This document shows positions 39,811 to 55,500 of a stretch of 64,000 nt of DNA, one piece after another. The stretch is from NCBI GenBank assembly GCA_028826165.1, contig JAPDFW010000132.1, positions 77,889-141,888 on the forward strand. Direction: 5' to 3'. Every line of letters starts with the position of its first letter. Position 1 is the stretch's first letter. The stretch is from Anaeramoeba ignava BMAN (taxonomy: Eukaryota > Protista > Anaeramoebae). Made by a program: the position numbers and the translations under genes. The notes beneath the pieces are model-generated. The model did no database searches, was not told the origin of the DNA, and saw nothing but the letters and a program-made list of their open reading frames with translations.

Positions 39811-42800
39811 TCATTCGCTTTTCTGATTTCTCATCTTTGAAAAACTTGGAAATTGAGTTTTTGAAATGAAAGGATCCCTTATAATGGGTGGTCTTTCTTT
39901 AATTGTAGTTTTCTTTTCTGAATCTTGATCTTTCAACATTTTGGAAAATTGGTTTTTGAAAGAAAGATATCTTTGATATCTCCTCTGAATATCTTGGTGT
40001 AACTTCTCCTGTTTCTTTTTTGCTTCCTCAGGGAAAGTCATTCTCAAGCTCTCATAACGAGTTTCCGTTTTCAAAATATCTTCCAATCCATCTTCAGGTT
40101 TTGTAGAATCAAGTTGCATTGGATTCTTTCCTTGTTCCAATAAAATGGGATTGTATCGATAGAGAAGATGATATCCTTTCTTCACAATATCTTTCGAATG
40201 TGGAACACTCTCACTAAGTCCGCCTTTGATTCCATGCTCGATACAGGGACAATAAGCAATAATCAACGAAACTCCTTTGTGCTTCTCTGCTTCGGTGATT
40301 GCCTTGATGGCTTGATTTGGATCAGCTCCTAGGCATATTGATGCAACATAAACATCCCCATAAGTCATTGCCATCATTCCAAGATCTTTCTTTGCAGTTT
40401 GCTTTCCTGATATCGCCAATTTGGCAACTGCTCCTCTCGGTGTTGATTTAGATGATTGGCCTCCTGTGTTTGAATAGGCTTCAGTATCAAGAACCAAAAT
40501 ATTCACATCTTCTCCACTTGCTAAAACATGATCCAATCCTCCATATCCAATATCATATGCCCATCCATCTCCTCCTTGAATCCATATTGACTTCTTTGCC
40601 AAAAGATCTCTGTTCTTCCAAATATGGTCACAAGCTTCGTGTGATTCTTTTGTTGATTTTGAGTATGCTTTGGGTCTTTTTTCCAAATACTTCTGAATTT
40701 CTTGAGAATACTTATTTGAGAGTTCCCGATCATCAAAAGAAGTCACCCATTTCTCAAGAAGTTGATTCAATTTATAATCCTTGATCACTTTTCTATCCAA
40801 AAATCCTTTTATGTAAGTAAGAAGCTTGAACCTGAGTTGATTGACAGATTTGGCAATTCCTATCCCGTATTCAGCATTATCTTCAAAAAGAGAGTTTCCC
40901 CAAGCAGGTCCATGTCCTAATTGGTTTGATGTGTATGGATTCAAAGGGAAAGTGCCACCCCAAATAGAGGAGCAACCAGTAGCATTTGCAATAATCATCT
41001 GGTCTCCAAATAGTTGAGTCACAAGTTTGATGACAGGAGTTTCTCCACATCCAGCGCAAGCACCTGAAAACTCTAGAAGAGGTTGACAGAATTGGCTATC
41101 TTTGATTGTTTTGTTGCTATAGATGCCCTCTTTAGTAGGAAGCTTGACCATATAATCCCAATTTTCTCCATGTTTAGGTTTCATTAGCTCAGAAGGAACC
41201 ATTTCGAGACATTGTTCTGGGCAAGAACGAGAACAGATGCTGCATCCTGTGCAATCATAAGGAGAAATTTGCAGAGCGAATTTCAAAACTGTTGATTTTT
41301 CGGTTGGAAGGGTTTGGATTTTGTCTGGATAAGGAGCATTGTTTTTTTCTTCGTTACTGATAAGAAATGGTCTGATTGCCGCATGAGGACATAGCAAGGA
41401 GCACAAGTTGCATTGAATACATTTTTGTGGATCCCATTTTGGAACAATGTCTGAAAACCCTCTTTTCTCATATTTACTTGTTCCTGAGGGAATTTTAGTC
41501 CAAGCTAATTTGCTTAAAGGGATTGAATTCCCCTTCATCTCCATAATGGGTCTCATAACTTCAGTCACAAATTCAGGTTCATCAGTATCTCTCTTTGAAA
41601 TCAAGAGAGAGTTTGATTCTGTTGGCAAGTTTTTCCATTCATTTGGATATTCAATTCGAATAATATTCTTGATTCCCATGTCGACTGCATCCTTATTTTT
41701 TTGTATCACATCACCTCCTTTAGTGCTGTATTCCTTCTCGATTGCCTTTTTGAGGAGAGAGATTGACTTTTCTTCAGGGAGAACATTACTGAGTTTGAAG
41801 AAAACAGCTTGCATGATCATATTGATTCTTCCAGTTAATCCTACTTCGTCAGCAATTTTAGAGGCATCAATGTTGTAAAACTCAAGCCCCTTCTGGGCAA
41901 TCTCTCTCTTGACATGATTGGGAAGATTTTTGTTCAACTCTTCAATTGTGTTCCAAGGAGAATTCAAAATGAACTTACTTCCTTTCTTTGCTGGAGTGAG
42001 AATCGAATCATATTTCTCGAGATAGTGCTTCTGATGGCAGGCAATGTAGTCAGAATTTGTAATCATATAGGATGATTCAATGTGATTTGGACCAAATCTG
42101 AGATGTGATACTGTTACTCCTCCTGATTTATGAGCAGAGTATGAAAAATATCCTTGTCCTTGAAGGTTCGTGTTTTCCACAATGATCTTGATTGCGTTTT
42201 TATTAGCTCCAACAGTTCCATCAGATCCTATTCCCCAGAAAATACATTGTTTTGTTCCGTCAGGCACAGTATCGATATTAGGACCATAAGTCAGAGAAGT
42301 GTGGTTGATGTCATCGTTAATTCCAACAGTGAAATTGTTTTTTGGATTGAGCTGGCCCAAATTGTCATAAACTGAACGAACCATTGCAGGAGTAAACTCT
42401 TTACTTCCAATTCCAAATCGTCCACCAACAACATCGATATTTCTTCCATAAACAGCCGTCATAACATCGGATTGCAAGGGTTGAGAAGGAGCTCCATTTT
42501 CTTTAACGCGATCCAAAACTGCAATTCTTTTCACTGTCTTCGGAAGAGCTGTTAGGAAATGTTCCACAGAAAAAGGTCGATAGAGTCTCACTTTAATAAG
42601 TCCTATTTTCTCTCTTGAGTTTTTAGAAATGATCTCTTCAACTGGAGAGGATCCCGATCCCATAACCACAATTACTCTTTCAGCTTCAGGATGGCCAACA
42701 TAGTCAAACAAATGATATTGTCTTCCTGTTTCTTTCGCAAATTCATCCATGTAGTCTTGCACGATATAAGGCACTTTTTTGTAGTACTGATCAAGTGCTT

Positions 42801-43876
42801 CAATAGCTTGGAAACAAACATCAGGACTTTGTGCGCTTCCTCTCAGATGGGGATGTTCTGGATTGAGTGATCTTGCTCTGTGCCTTTCAATAGCTTCATA
42901 ATCCACCATTTTCTTCATCAGTTCACGATCTACAACATCGATCGAATTGACTTCATGAGAAGTTCTGTAGCCATCAAAAAAGTGCAAAAAAGGGATTGAA
43001 GCCTTGAGAGTGGAAAGATGAGAAATGAATCCAAGATCCATCACTTCTTGTACTGATCCTGATCCCATGATCGCAAATCCTGTGAGTCGTGTTTCCATCA
43101 CATCAGAATGATCGCAGTAGATCGAAAGAGCTTGCCCACCAACTACTCTTGAAGCAATATGAATAACTGCAGGCATTAATTCTCCTGCTATTTTGTGCAT
43201 GTTAGGAATCATCAACAAAAGTCCTTGTGAGGCTGAGAATGTTGTTGCTAGTGCTCCTCCTGCGAGTGCTCCATGAAGAGCTCCTGCTACTCCTCCTTCA
43301 GATTGCATTTCGTTAACTTGGAGTGGCAAACCAAAAATGTTCTTTTTTCCTTCTGCGCTCCATTTATCAACAAGTTCTCCCATCATCCTAAACAAAAAAA
43401 ACAAACACAAACAAATAAAAGCAAACAAAAAAAAAAAAGTTGAACTGATGAATATGATTCAATTATTTTTTTTCAAAATTTAACACTTCATGATTATTTT
43501 TTTAAATTTTTTCAGTTATTAATTTAACTTAAAAAAAAATTTTTTGGATTGTAAAAAAAAAAAATTTTTTTCATGCTTCTTCATGATGAGTTAATAAATA
43601 TAATTTTATTCCAAATTATATTAAGATGGATAAAAGAAATTGACTTACGTTGCTGGATTCATTGGATATACAAAAGCAATATCACTTAAAAAATATGAAA
43701 CATAAGCAGCAGCTGTGTTTCCATCCATTGGTTTTTTGGACTATTTAAAACAAAAACAAAAGCAGAATTAAAATTAAAATTAAAATTAAAAAATAAAATT
43801 AAAAAATAATTACAGAAAACATTTTTAGTAAACTAAGGTTTGATTTTGGCTTAAAATTTTTTGCAAATTTTAACAT
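39811..43876 (-). CDS. PFO: Pyruvate:ferredoxin oxidoreductase with probable hydrogenosomal/mitochondrial presequence (3 exons)
   Basis: ATG 43876, introns 43813-43741 and 43648-43388: MLKFAKNFKPKSNLSLLKMFSSKKPMDGNTAAA...EMQSEGG, HFFDGYRTSHE, two 4Fe-4S motifs (CIQCNLCSLLCP, CTGCSICSRSCP), ACAGCGE, NATGCS, TPP motif GGDGWAYDIG...YSNTGGQ, YCPCIEHG. Confidence 0.97.
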
Positions 43877-44436
43877 CTTTTCTTTTCTTTTTTGTTTTTT
43901 TTTTTTTGAATAAAAACGATATGTGAAAAAGACTAAGAAATGAAGAAGAAAAATGACTTAAAAAAAATTGAATAAATTTATTTAAAAAGATTTTTTGGAT
44001 TAATGAAATTTGATTATCAAATTCTAATTTATTCAAATATGATCGGAATATTTCTTTTTCATTTTAATTACAATCCAATTTAAAAGAAATAAAAATGACA
44101 ACAAGAAAAAGGTGGATCGAAATTCTTTTTTTTTGTGATTAAATTTTGTCAAGCAAAAAAAAAAAAATTTTCCAGCAAATGATCTTTTTTTTTTAAATTA
44201 ATATTTATTTAAAATAAAATTAAAATTATTATTTGAATAATTATTATTTAAAATTATTATTATTTCTATTCCACTTTTCAATTAAATTTTAATGATAAAA
44301 AAAAAAGAAAAAAAAAAAGGAGAAAAAAAAATTAATAAATAAATAAAAAAGGAGAAAAACGTTTTTTTTTTAATTTTTTTAATTTTTTTTTTCATTTTTT
44401 TCTTTTTATTTCTTTATTACTTTTTTTTTAAAAAAA

Positions 44437-46740
<2,304 letters not shown>

Positions 46741-46859
46741 ACCAAAAAAAAAAGAAAGAAAAAAAAAGAATTTTTTTCAAAAATTATTTTTCAGTTTCAA
46801 AAAAAAATGAATGAGTTTTCTTAAATAAAAAACTAAAAAAAGCTTAATTTTAATCATTT

Positions 46860-48215
46860 AAATTTTTTATTAAATTATTTATTAAATTATTTATTAAATT
46901 GTTTATTAAATTGTTTATTAAATTATTGTTCCACTTTTTGATTTGATTTTTTATTAAATTGTTTATTAAATTGTTTATTAAATTGTTTATTAAATTGTTT
47001 ATTAAATTGTTTGATTAAATTGTTTGATTAAATTGTTTATTAAATTATTTATTAAATTATTTATTAAATTGTTTATTAAATTGTTGATTAAATTGTTTAT
47101 TAAATTGTTGATTAAATTGTTGATTAAATTGTTTATTAAATTGTTTATTAAATTATTTATTAAATTGTTTATTAAATTTTTATTAAATTCCACTTTTTTT
47201 GATTTGATTGTTTATTAAATTGTTTATTAAATTGTTGATTAAATTATTTATTAAATTGTTTATTAAATTATTTATTAAATTATTTATTAAATTATTTATT
47301 AAATTGTTTATTAAATTATTTATTAAATTATTTATTAAATTATTTATTAAATTATTTATTAAATTATTTATTAAATTGTTTATTAAATTATTTATTAAAT
47401 TATTGATTAAATTTTTTATTAAATTATTTATTAAATTGTTTTATTAAATTGTTTATTAAATTGTTTATTAAATTATTGATTAAATTATTTATTAAATTGT
47501 TTATTAAATTGTTTATTAAATTGTTTATTAAATTATTTATTAAATTATTTATTAAATTATTTATAAAATTATTTATTAAATTATTTATTAAATTGTTTAT
47601 TAAATTTTTGTTCCAATTTTTGATTTGATTTTTATTAAATTGTTTATTAAATTGTTTATTAAATTATTTATTAAATTATTTATTAAATTTTTATTAAATT
47701 TTTATTAAATTGTTTATTAAATTGTTTATTAAATTGTTTATTAAATTGTTTATTAAATTATTTATTAAATTATTTATTAAATTATTTATTAAATTATTTA
47801 TTAAATTGTTTATTAAATTGTTTATTAAATTATTTATTAAATTGTTTATTAAATTATTTATTAAATTATTTATTAAATTGTTTATTAAATTGTTTATTAA
47901 ATTGTTTATTAAATTGTTTATTAAATTATTTATTAAATTTTTTATTAAATTTTTGTTCCACTTTTTGATTTGATTGTTTATTAAATTGTTTATTAAATTT
48001 ATTATTAAATTGTTTATTAAATTGTTTATTAAATTTTTTATTAAATTATTTATTAAATTGTTTATTAAATTTGTTGATTAAATTGTTGATTAAATTTTTT
48101 ATTAAATTTTTTATTAAATTGTTGATTAAATTGTTTATTAAATTGTTTATTAAATTGTTGATTAAATTGTTTATTAAGTTGATTAAATTGTTTATTAAAT
48201 TTGTTGATTAAATTT
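46860..48215. repeat. Intergenic 12-mer array (TTATTAAATTGT)n between the convergent Rab2 and CPSF160 3' ends, punctuated four times by TTCCACTTTTTGATTTGATT or a close variant
   Basis: Direct reading; abuts the CPSF160 stop codon at 48216. Confidence 0.93.
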
Positions 48216-51200
48216 TTATATAGTAATTGGAGTTTTTCCAGATAAATCAATTTCTTGAAGATTTCTAAAAATTTGATCAATAGAAACACCAATTTGTCTT
48301 GCAAGATCTTTTTGATGACGAATATCCAAAGAAACGAATTTTGACAAAAGAAGACCATCAAGAATATGAGAACCAATATGAGGAGAACGCCTATTAGGAG
48401 AGAACATACGAAAAGCCTTTGGATTAAGACCAGCAAAATGAGGAACTGAAACAACCAAACGAGAACTTAAAAGAGCAAGTCTTCGATAAGTTTGTTCCTT
48501 AACAGGCAAAACAAAACCCATTCCGCCCGCAAGGGAGCTAAAGAGCGCAGCTTGATAGAAGGGCAAAGAAGGGTTTTCTTCGGGGAATTGAAGAAAATGT
48601 TCTTGATTTGGATAAATTTTGACAGGAAGAAAACGTGAGATTGTGGATCCAAAATGAATTGAACATCTTCGAACCAAAAATTCACCTTTTCGGGTATAAA
48701 TTTCATTGGGTGAGTAAGTGAAAATTTGGATGTTCTGATTATCATCTGAAACGATGATTGCAAGTTGGTTTCCAAAAACGGCAAATTGTGCTGTGTGAAG
48801 AATTCCCGAATTAAGTTCTTTTCCCATTGAAACTAATCTTTTTCCTCTTTCTCTCCAACGGATTAAATACACTCCCTTGCACAGATCTGCAAAGAGGACA
48901 TAATTCTTTATGGAAGTTGCAAACACACCAGCGAACTGAATGTCCAAAAAAGAAGCGACTGTGAGTTCATGTTCGTCGATGAATCGATAAAGCATCATTT
49001 TCTGACCAAAAAGAATCACAATATATCCAGCAACCGATGTGATTGCAGTTACAGGCCCATCCAAACTGATAGCCTGAAGCTTTTTGATCTGAAGAATTTT
49101 CTCGTCTTCAGCTTCTGAAGAGGTTGTTTCATACACATTGAAGATTATAGTCTTCCCAAGTGTGAATTTACTTTCATCAACAATTTTGGCAATTCCAACC
49201 GCAATATAGGGTTTAAGTGAGTACTTCGTATCTTCTGCCTCGTCGTAGTAATCCCGTGTGTAGACAATAGAAAGTGCGATTCCGTGTTCGTTCTCATCAA
49301 GTTCAAAGCGCGAATGGGGACGCCATGTATCAGAAGAGAATACAACAAGCTCAAATTTTTCATAAGTTGTGAGCGGAATGTTTTCTCGAGAAATTTTGAC
49401 AGTATTTTTCCTTTCTAACGTCTCCCGTTGATCGTGGATCATTTGTTCATCATACTCGTTCTCGTTCACTTGATCATATTCCCCGTAGCTCTCCTCTCCA
49501 GGCCGTGTGCGCATATGTGTGTGATGCTTGGGAAAATTTTCTTCATCCTCAAATTTTTCTTTAAAATGATTAAAATCATTAATTTCGTTCATATTTTCTT
49601 GCATCTTCGCTTCCTTCAATGACTCATTCTCATTTGCCTCGCTCTCCTCTTTCTGCAGACTATGCGAGACGAGAACAAGATAGCAATTCCATTCTGGATG
49701 GTAGATAATTTTGTGTGGAGTTGCGTTGAGCGGAATTTTTTTGATGATCCAAAAATTATTCTCCAAAGCGCTACTTTTTTTAATTTTAACCCCATGTCCT
49801 GCTCCGTGCAAACTTGTGTCAGGAAGCTGCGCTATTTTGATCATGTTGTTTTTGCTTGAGTATATGAATCCTCTTGCGCAATTCGAGATGTGAAGGGGAG
49901 AAAAGCATTTGATTGATCCATCTACAAGTTGCAGATGAAATCGAAGATACTCGCGCTCCACAAACACCCAAATAGGCTTTTCCCCAGAAATGAATACTCC
50001 ATGATGTCCGCCGATATTTCCGAACTGGACAATGCGTGAGTATTTAACTTCTGTATTTTCTTGTTGATTTGATTCCTGTTCCGTTGACAACAACGGATTC
50101 TCTAAAATTTTTGTTGAATTTTCATCGGGAATTTCATTTCTAACTTGCGGTTCAATTCCTTGACTTAATCCCGCATTTTCTTTGAGATTCCGTGTTATTA
50201 TCCCGTGCTGTATTTTTGTGAATCTCAAACACGAATAATTTTCCCGAATGATTGATTGATCTTTCAGTGATTTTTTATCCAAATAAACAAATCCTTGATA
50301 AACAAGTACATCTCCATTGCTTAAAATTGCAAATAAACAAGGTTTTGTTTTGTCTTCCAAAAGATTGATCAATGAAATCTCGGTCACAAATAATGTTTCT
50401 GATGACCGGAATTTTTGTGGAAATGTAAATGCTGTTAATGAAAGTCTTGATGTTGATGCTGTAAATGGAAGTGGTATTTGATTGAATTGAAGTGATATTT
50501 CATCTAATGATCCAAGTAAAACGTTGAATAATAATCCTGGGCCAAAGTTGAAAGATGGACTTGAGAAAATCAATGTGAATGAGGGAACAATTAGCATTTC
50601 AAAAACACCACTTTTTCTACAAAGTGAACAAATCATTAAATCATTTTGATTCTGTTTTAATTTATAAATATTTTAGTTTATATTTTAATTTATAAATATT
50701 TTAATTTTATAAATATTTTGGATTTATAAATATTTTAATTTATAAATATTTTAATTTATAAATATTTAATTTATAAATATTTTAATTATATTTTAATTTA
50801 TAAATATTTTAATTTATATTTTAATTTATAAATATTTTAATTTATATTTTAATTTATATATATTTTAATTTATAAATATTTTAATTTTATAAATATTTTA
50901 ATTTATAAATATTTAATTTATAAATATTTTTAATTTATAATTATTTCAATTTATAAATATTTTTAATTTATAAATATTTTAGATTTATAAATATTTTTAA
51001 TTTATAAATATTTTAATTTATAAATATTTTAATTTATAAATATTTTTAATTTATAAATATTTTTAATTTATAAATATTTTAATTTTTATAAATATTTTGA
51101 TTTATAAATATTTTTGATTTATAAATATTTTAATTTATAAATATTTTGGATTTATAAATATTTTAATTTATAAATATTTTAATTTATAAATATTTTAATT

Positions 51201-54200
51201 TATAAATATTTTGGATTTATAAATATTTTGATTTATTAATTTATAAATATTTTTAATTTATAAATATTTTGATTTATAAATATTTTAATTTATAAATATT
51301 TAATTTTTATAAATATTTTAATTTATAAATATTTTTGATTTATAAATATTTTTAATTTATAAATATTTTAATTTATAAATATTTTAATTTATATTTTAAT
51401 TTATAAATATTTTAATTTATAAATATTTTAAATTTATATTTTAATTTAAAATATTTTTAATTTTTATAAATATTTAAATTAAATATTTTTGATTTTTATA
51501 AATTATTTTTGATTTATAAATATTTATTTAAAATTTATAATTTATTTATTTTAATATTTTAATTATAAATTTAATATTTTAATTTATAAATATTTAAATT
51601 ATATTTTAATTTATAAAATATTTTAATTTATAAATATTTTGATTTATAAATATTTAAATTTATAAATATTTCAATTTATAATTAATTTAGATTTATATAT
51701 ATTTTAATTTATAAATATTTAAATTTATAATTATTTTGGATTTATAAATTTTAATTTATAAATATTTATATATATTTTAATTTATAAATATTTTAATTTT
51801 AATAAATATTTTAAATTTATAAATATTTTAATTTATAATTATTTCAATTTATAAATATTTTAATTTATAAATATTTTAATTTTATAAATATTTTAATTTA
51901 TAAATATTTTAGATTTATAAAAATTTTAATTTATAAAATTTTAATTTATAAATATTTAAATTATATTTTAATTTATAAATATTTAAATTATATTTTAATT
52001 TATAAATATTTAAATTATTAATATTTTAATTTATAAATATTTTAATTTATAAATATTTAATTTATAAATATTTTTGATTTATAAATATTTCATTTATATA
52101 ATATACCTTGTGATCTTTCGATTTAGGATTAATAAGCCATCTCTCATCTCCTTCAGTCAAACATGCACATGTAATTTGATCCTTTTCTTGCTCTTTTTCA
52201 ATCAACTCTGAAAAAATAATTTCTTGATCTTTAATTTTCCCAATCAATAATCGTGCATCTTGAGTTAAAAGTAATAAAAAATCATTTTTAATTTGAGCAA
52301 ATGAAATAATAAAATCAGAAGAAATTTCCTTAATCAATAATCCTTGACGAAGTAATCGAATTCCTCTTGAAAAAACTTGAACAATAATATTTGATTTTGT
52401 TGTTCCACAAGCAATTGTTGGTTTTTCAGTAAAAAATCCTGTGTTTAAAGATTTTTGAACAACATCTCCTGATGTTTCAAGAACTAAAGTTGAATCTTCA
52501 GTTGAAATTATAATAAATTTATCAAATTTTTCATCTTCTTCCTCTATATCTTCATCCTTTTCATAGTCTTCATTTAAATCCATGATTTGTGAAAGATCTT
52601 CTTTTTCTTCTTGCATTTCTTTATTATCATCATTATCATCATCTCTATTTTCTTGACCTCCTTCATTTTGTGTTTTTTTAGTAAATGGAAGTGTTTCATT
52701 TTCTCCTACAACCCAAATTGAACTTGATTGATGTTTAAATTCGGAACTAATTTCTGGTCTAATCCCATTTTCAAGAGCACATAAAGATCCAGATTTATCT
52801 TTTCCACAACAAACTACTACTTCAAATAAAAGTGATTGAGTATTTTGTATTTCATCTTCATCTTCATCATTTTGTGTTTCATTTTGTGTTTCATTTTGTG
52901 TTTCATTTTCAATTATATTTTCAATCTCAATTTCATTTTGATTTTGATTTTGATTTTGATTTTGATTTTCATTTTCATTTTCATTTTTATTTTGATTTTG
53001 ATTTTGATTTTGATTTTGATTTTCATTTTCATTTTCATTTTGATTTTGATTTTGATTTTGATTTTCATTTTGATTTTTATTTTCATTTTTATTTTCATTT
53101 TGATTTTGATTTTGGTTTTCATTTTCATCTTCATCTTGATTTTCATTTTCATCTTGATTTTCATTTTCATCTTGATTTTCATCTTCATCTTCATCTTCAT
53201 CTTCTTCGGTTTTTAATAATGAAAAATCAGTTGATTTACCATATGTAAAATCAAGAATAGGTCCAATACTTAAAAGTGAATCACATATTTGAAAAGTTGA
53301 TTTATGTTGAAATTTTTCACCTGGATAAACAACAAGATTATTTAAATCAAATTCACCATCTCTTCCCATTGCATTGATTTCCATTTTATTATCCATTGAT
53401 TTGCTTTTAAATAGTAATTGATATAACTTTTCTTCTTTTTCATTCAAAACATCTTTTTTTTCTTGTAAATTTAATTCATCTTCCATTGAATATTCTTCTT
53501 CAGGAAATTTATGTTCTGTATCTGCTAGAGTTTCCAAATTCAAATTATATTTAATCAAAAAAGAATCACCCATTTTGGATCCAAGAAATAAATATTTATC
53601 ATTGAGAGTGCATGAAGATGTGGAAATGGAAATTGCACCACCTTTAATCAAGGTTGCATCAATTACATCTCTGTGATCTGTTTTCAAAAAAAGAAAATAA
53701 ACTTCGCCATTTTTCAAAGATAATAGCAACAAATTATCCTTCAAAAAAGTTGAATGACAAGAATCCAATGTTGTTTTGTTGATATAATCCTTTTTAATGT
53801 TAAATCGTTTGTAGTATTGCTCAGCAATCTGAGGAATTGAAAAAGGATAGGCATTTGTTGCAATAGCCAAATTGTGATGTTCATTGATAAAGAATATCAT
53901 ATTTTGAGAGAATACAGCATATCCTCCACCAACAGAAATAGGAAGTGATATTATTGAATAAGAGTCTGCTGGTAATCCACTTTTCCTCCAAATCACATAA
54001 TCTTTCTTGGTGATTAAATCCATCGAAAGTACTGTTACAAAACATATAATTTCAATATGTTTGCTTTTGCGATCTTTTTTTTTGAATCCGCGATGAAGAA
54101 CAGCAATAGTTGGTTCAAAATATCCTTCCAAAAAACAAAAATCAACACAATCAAAAAGTTTTTGCTTTTTCAAATTGATTAAAAATGGTTCAGAAATCAC

Positions 54201-55200
54201 AGATTTTGTTTGATCATTCCCAAAATAAAAACTACCTAAAGGTCTATTTTGAGATTTAGAAAAAGAATTACTGTTTAAGTTTTTGTCTTCTTTTTTTTCA
54301 TTTTCATTCTCATTTTCATTCTTTATTTTTTGTTTTGATTGTACATCTTGAATAATTTTTTCCAAATCCCATTCATTTTCATTTTCATTTTGATTTTCAT
54401 TTTCCATTTCAATTTGATTCTGATTTTCCATTTCATTTTCATTTTGATTTTCATTTTCATTTTCGTTTTCAACTTGATTTTGATTTTGATTTTCATTTTC
54501 ATTTTCCATTTCAATTTGATTTTGATTTTGAATTTGATTTTGATTTTGATTTTCATTTTGATTTTGATTTTGATTTTGATTTTGATTTATATTTTGATTT
54601 TGATTTTGATTTTGATTTTGATTTTTGATTTTGATTTTGATTTTGAATTTGATTTTGATTTTGATTTTGATTTTCTTTTTCATTTTCATTTTCATTTTCA
54701 GGAAAATCTTGTAAAACTTGGAATGATTGATCATTAAAAATAGTTGCCCAATGATTTCCTTCAGTAATTGGTAAAATTGCCAAAAAAATATTATCCATTT
54801 GAAAACCAAAACAGGAATTTCTTGGATCTTTTTTCAAAAAAGGTTTATGTTTAAAATGTTGCTTTTCAAGCATTTCTTGGTCTTCAAAATAATGCATTCC
54901 AATTGTTCTTATATTATGAATAGATTTTTCATAATAAATTATAGATATTTTTGCTTTGTTAAATAATAAAATTAATGCATCTCTTTCATATCCAATTATT
55001 TTAACTGGACAAATATCTTCAATTAATCCAAACATTTTTGCTTGAAATTTTAATATTAATTGATCATTTTTAACTGAATAAACTTCCAAAATTGATGATT
55101 TTGTTATGATTAAATTTTCTTCTTCTTTATCAATAAAATATGCTTTTTTGCAATATTGAATTGAAGTTGGAGGTAATGATTCTTGAAGTGCAGAATACAT
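48216..55200 (-). CDS. CPSF1: Cleavage and polyadenylation specificity factor subunit 1 (CPSF160), 2 exons, with an apparent +1 frameshift at ~54624
   Basis: N-term PPTSIQ...DALILLFNKAKISII...IRTIGMHYFE, DFCFLEGYFEPTIAVLH, LFLGSKMGDSFL, CDSLLSIGPI, CCGKDKSGSL, GVFISGEKP, C-term QTYRRL...HFAGLNPKAFR...ILDGLLL; intron 52106-50652; ORFs 55200-54553 and 54809-52062 overlap in different frames. Confidence 0.92.
50660..52085 (-). repeat. Intronic ~16-mer array, plus strand (AATTTATAAATATTTT)n, in CPSF160
   Basis: Direct reading; intron 1455 nt. Confidence 0.93.
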
Positions 55201-55500
55201 TTTAAGAATAAAAGAGAAAGAAAAAAAAAATAAAAATGAAAAAAATGAAAAATAAAAATTGAAAGAAAAAAAATTTTTTTAAAATTTAAAATTAAAAATT
55301 TAATCAAAAATGAATTTCCGTTTTGTTTTGTATTTAAAAAAAAGTAAAGAAAAGAAAAGAAAAAAAAAAGATAAAAAAGTGGAAAAAAAAAAGAAAGAAA
55401 ATGAAAAAAAAAATCATTTTGAAATGAAATTATTTTTTAACTTCAATTTTTCAATTTTTCAATTTTTCAATTTTTTGATTTTTTGATTTTTTGATTTGGT

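Noticed and set aside
40452-42375. Antisense and alternate-frame ORFs over PFO (and similar ones over CPSF160, Slo and the CH-PH gene)
   Set aside because: Shadows of real coding sequence in higher-GC exons; no recognisable motifs
39811-43387. Bacterial contamination or very recent transfer suggested by the higher GC of PFO
   Set aside because: The gene has two spliceosomal introns and a presequence, and native CPSF160 shows the same GC rise
43388-43428. ORF-track start of PFO (MFAFICLCLFFLFR)
   Set aside because: This is intron 2 sequence read through; the true N-terminus comes from two upstream exons
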